A stretch of 64,000 nt of DNA, from the NCBI RefSeq assembly GCF_964355755.1, contig NC_092675.1, positions 26,508,912 to 26,572,911 of the forward strand. The letters are read 5' to 3'. This document shows, piece after piece, positions 62,077 through 64,000 of this stretch (position 1 is its first letter; each line of letters opens with the position of its first letter). The notes under the pieces were generated by a model. It was given only the letters and a program-made list of their open reading frames with translations. It was not told the origin of the DNA and searched no databases. Origin of the DNA: Antedon mediterranea (taxonomy: Eukaryota > Animalia > Echinodermata). The position numbers were made by a program, and so were the translations under genes.

Positions 62077-63446
62077 CACGCCCATTTTGTGTAAAAATCA
62101 AACATCTTATTATAGGAATATTAGATCACCAACTGCAACAATATAATCTATCCAAAAGTTAAAAACACGTTCAACAACGTTCAATAATTATTTCTATCCA
62201 ATATCATGACTGTCAGCCAATCAGCAGTTGTAGTACAACCACGAGATGCAAAGATAGAACTCAACAGTATAGAGCCTCTCCTTTCTGGCACAGCGTTTAA
62301 GGGCATATTTTTTTCAAGAGGACACACTTTCCCGTCATAATTGAGGGAAATATTATAATATATTTTAACCATGGAGGTATAACCCCCAAATCCTATCAAA
62401 AGACAATTTTATGGTTGGGTATGGAAGGTGTAAATAAAAAACCGGTTTTAACCGGTATTTCATTTACACCTTTAAAATTTAAAATCTGTCCTATCTTCTG
62501 TGCCTTGTAGCTGTGTTGATGAACAAATAACATATTATTCCAATCTCAATATCTCCTACGTAAATACACTTTGGCTATTGGCTATTTGCCGGAAACAGAG
62601 ATCACTGGGGTAGATTGTTCACTTTCATTAGTCACCGAACTTGTCTCCAGTTTAATTTTCTTTCTTCTTTTTTTATTTATAGAACCAGTTTCTATTTTTG
62701 GTTGCGATATCTTGTACAAATAGAACGATTTTAGGTCTATGTTCTATAAAAAAGCTCAAGCAAAAGAAATGATCATTCGACTTGTGACGGTGGACCTAAA
62801 CGGACGGATCTCATTCCAAAATATATCTAAAGCAATTCGTTTCAAGATTTATTAACGTAAGTTGAGTTATCATTCTTTCAAGCTCCTGATTTTAAAAAAA
62901 TGTATTTATTATTATAGGTACCACTTATAATTGTTTATAACTATTGGTTAATTCAATTAATAAATCGGTAAATGTATTCATTTGTATTATAACAAACAAA
63001 TACATTGTTGGTAAACCCTGAACGTTTTACAATTGTTGGAGACAATTCACTTGTTTAGCTGATTATTGTTACCGAATGAATTGAAACATGTCAGTAGCAT
63101 GCACAATTTACATTTTTAAATATGTTATCCGATGTCCGATGCTTTTAGTTTAAATTCGTCGTTGGAAATCTAATAATGTGAAACGGTTTAACAACCAAAC
63201 AACATGGAAAAGGAAAAAAAATATAAAAAAATATACGAATAAAAACTTAAGACCTAAAATGTATTTATAGTAGTTATTTTTAAGTCTAGTTTTAAGTTTA
63301 TTACCTGGCCATTATTCATAATATATGCATTTGTTTAAAACTTAAATTTATTTTCATGCTATTGAGAAATTGACAGTAATTATAGGTATGACACGCCCTC
63401 TACGCCGAATGTTTTAATGGAATATACGTTTTCTTTACAATAGAAA

Positions 63447-64000
63447 ATGGCTCCAAGCCCAAATGAAGCGATTGTACATCACGCCATTTTCAAAGATGAC
63501 GCAATGAAGGAACTTTTGTTTGACCAAGTTACAGAAGAAGATCAACCTACACCACGTGACTATGAAGTGGTTTGGCTGAACGTAATTATCATGGCACTGA
63601 TTCATGTAGCTGCAGTTTATGGTCTGTCGCTGATTGGACAATGTGAACTGATGACGCTAATGTGGAGTAAGTTCTATAGGATAACATATGCATATAATTA
63701 AAACTATGGTGTTTTTCTAACAATTACGTTTTTATCCTTATATAGCAATTTTATTGGATTAGATTCACGCTGAAACTATATTGGATTTTCCTATAAACAG
63801 TACACGAAATTATTGACGATAACAAAGCTAGTCTTGTCAACTTAATTTGGACTATCAGTTCTGTAGAGAACTGGGTAAAATAACTTTTTTTTTCAATCTT
63901 ACTGTAGGTACATTTCTATGGTTTTGGACAGAGGTTGGTGTAACAGCGGGATCACACAGACTGTGGGCACATCGCAGTTACAAGGCTAAGTGGCCCCTTC
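63447..64000 (+). CDS. SCD: Acyl-CoA desaturase (SCD family), paralog C, 5' part (exon 1 63447-63666, exon 2 from 63908, truncated by window)
   Basis: MAPSPNE...YEVVWLNVIIMALIHVAAVY...TLMW|gtaagt; actgtag|[31 protein letters not shown]. Confidence 0.9.

Noticed and set aside
2133-64000. Functional NDST-SCD gene cluster
   Set aside because: Heparan sulfate modification and fatty-acid desaturation share no pathway; adjacency alone is not evidence without conserved synteny or co-expression.

Overview
AT-rich eukaryotic (animal, probably marine invertebrate or deuterostome) genomic DNA with GT-AG introns; nothing prokaryotic. The left part carries one complete minus-strand heparan sulfate N-deacetylase/N-sulfotransferase gene (NDST; 11 coding exons, 2133-27575, 865 aa, probable non-coding first exon near 35744). 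The right part carries a plus-strand tandem array of three stearoyl-CoA (delta-9-type) desaturase paralogs: SCD-A 42378-49449 (316 aa), SCD-B 58317-60812 (335 aa) and SCD-C from 63447, cut by the window end. Introns and intergenic DNA hold PIF/Harbinger-type MITEs (some nested), a 2.4-kb Harbinger derivative with a decayed MADF+BESS-like gene, Kolobok-like MITEs, Helitron-like copies, CR1/L2 LINE 3' ends, tRNA-derived SINEs and minisatellites. I see no unambiguous new biological system. The two best leads are (i) SCD-B and SCD-C have non-canonical residues at substrate-tunnel positions, and (ii) two TA-flanked micro-motifs resembling transposon excision footprints (TACAGTA/TACTGTA versus TAGGCCTA) are strongly enriched and switch over near the NDST 5' end at about 35.2 kb. 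All coordinates and counts were read by eye.
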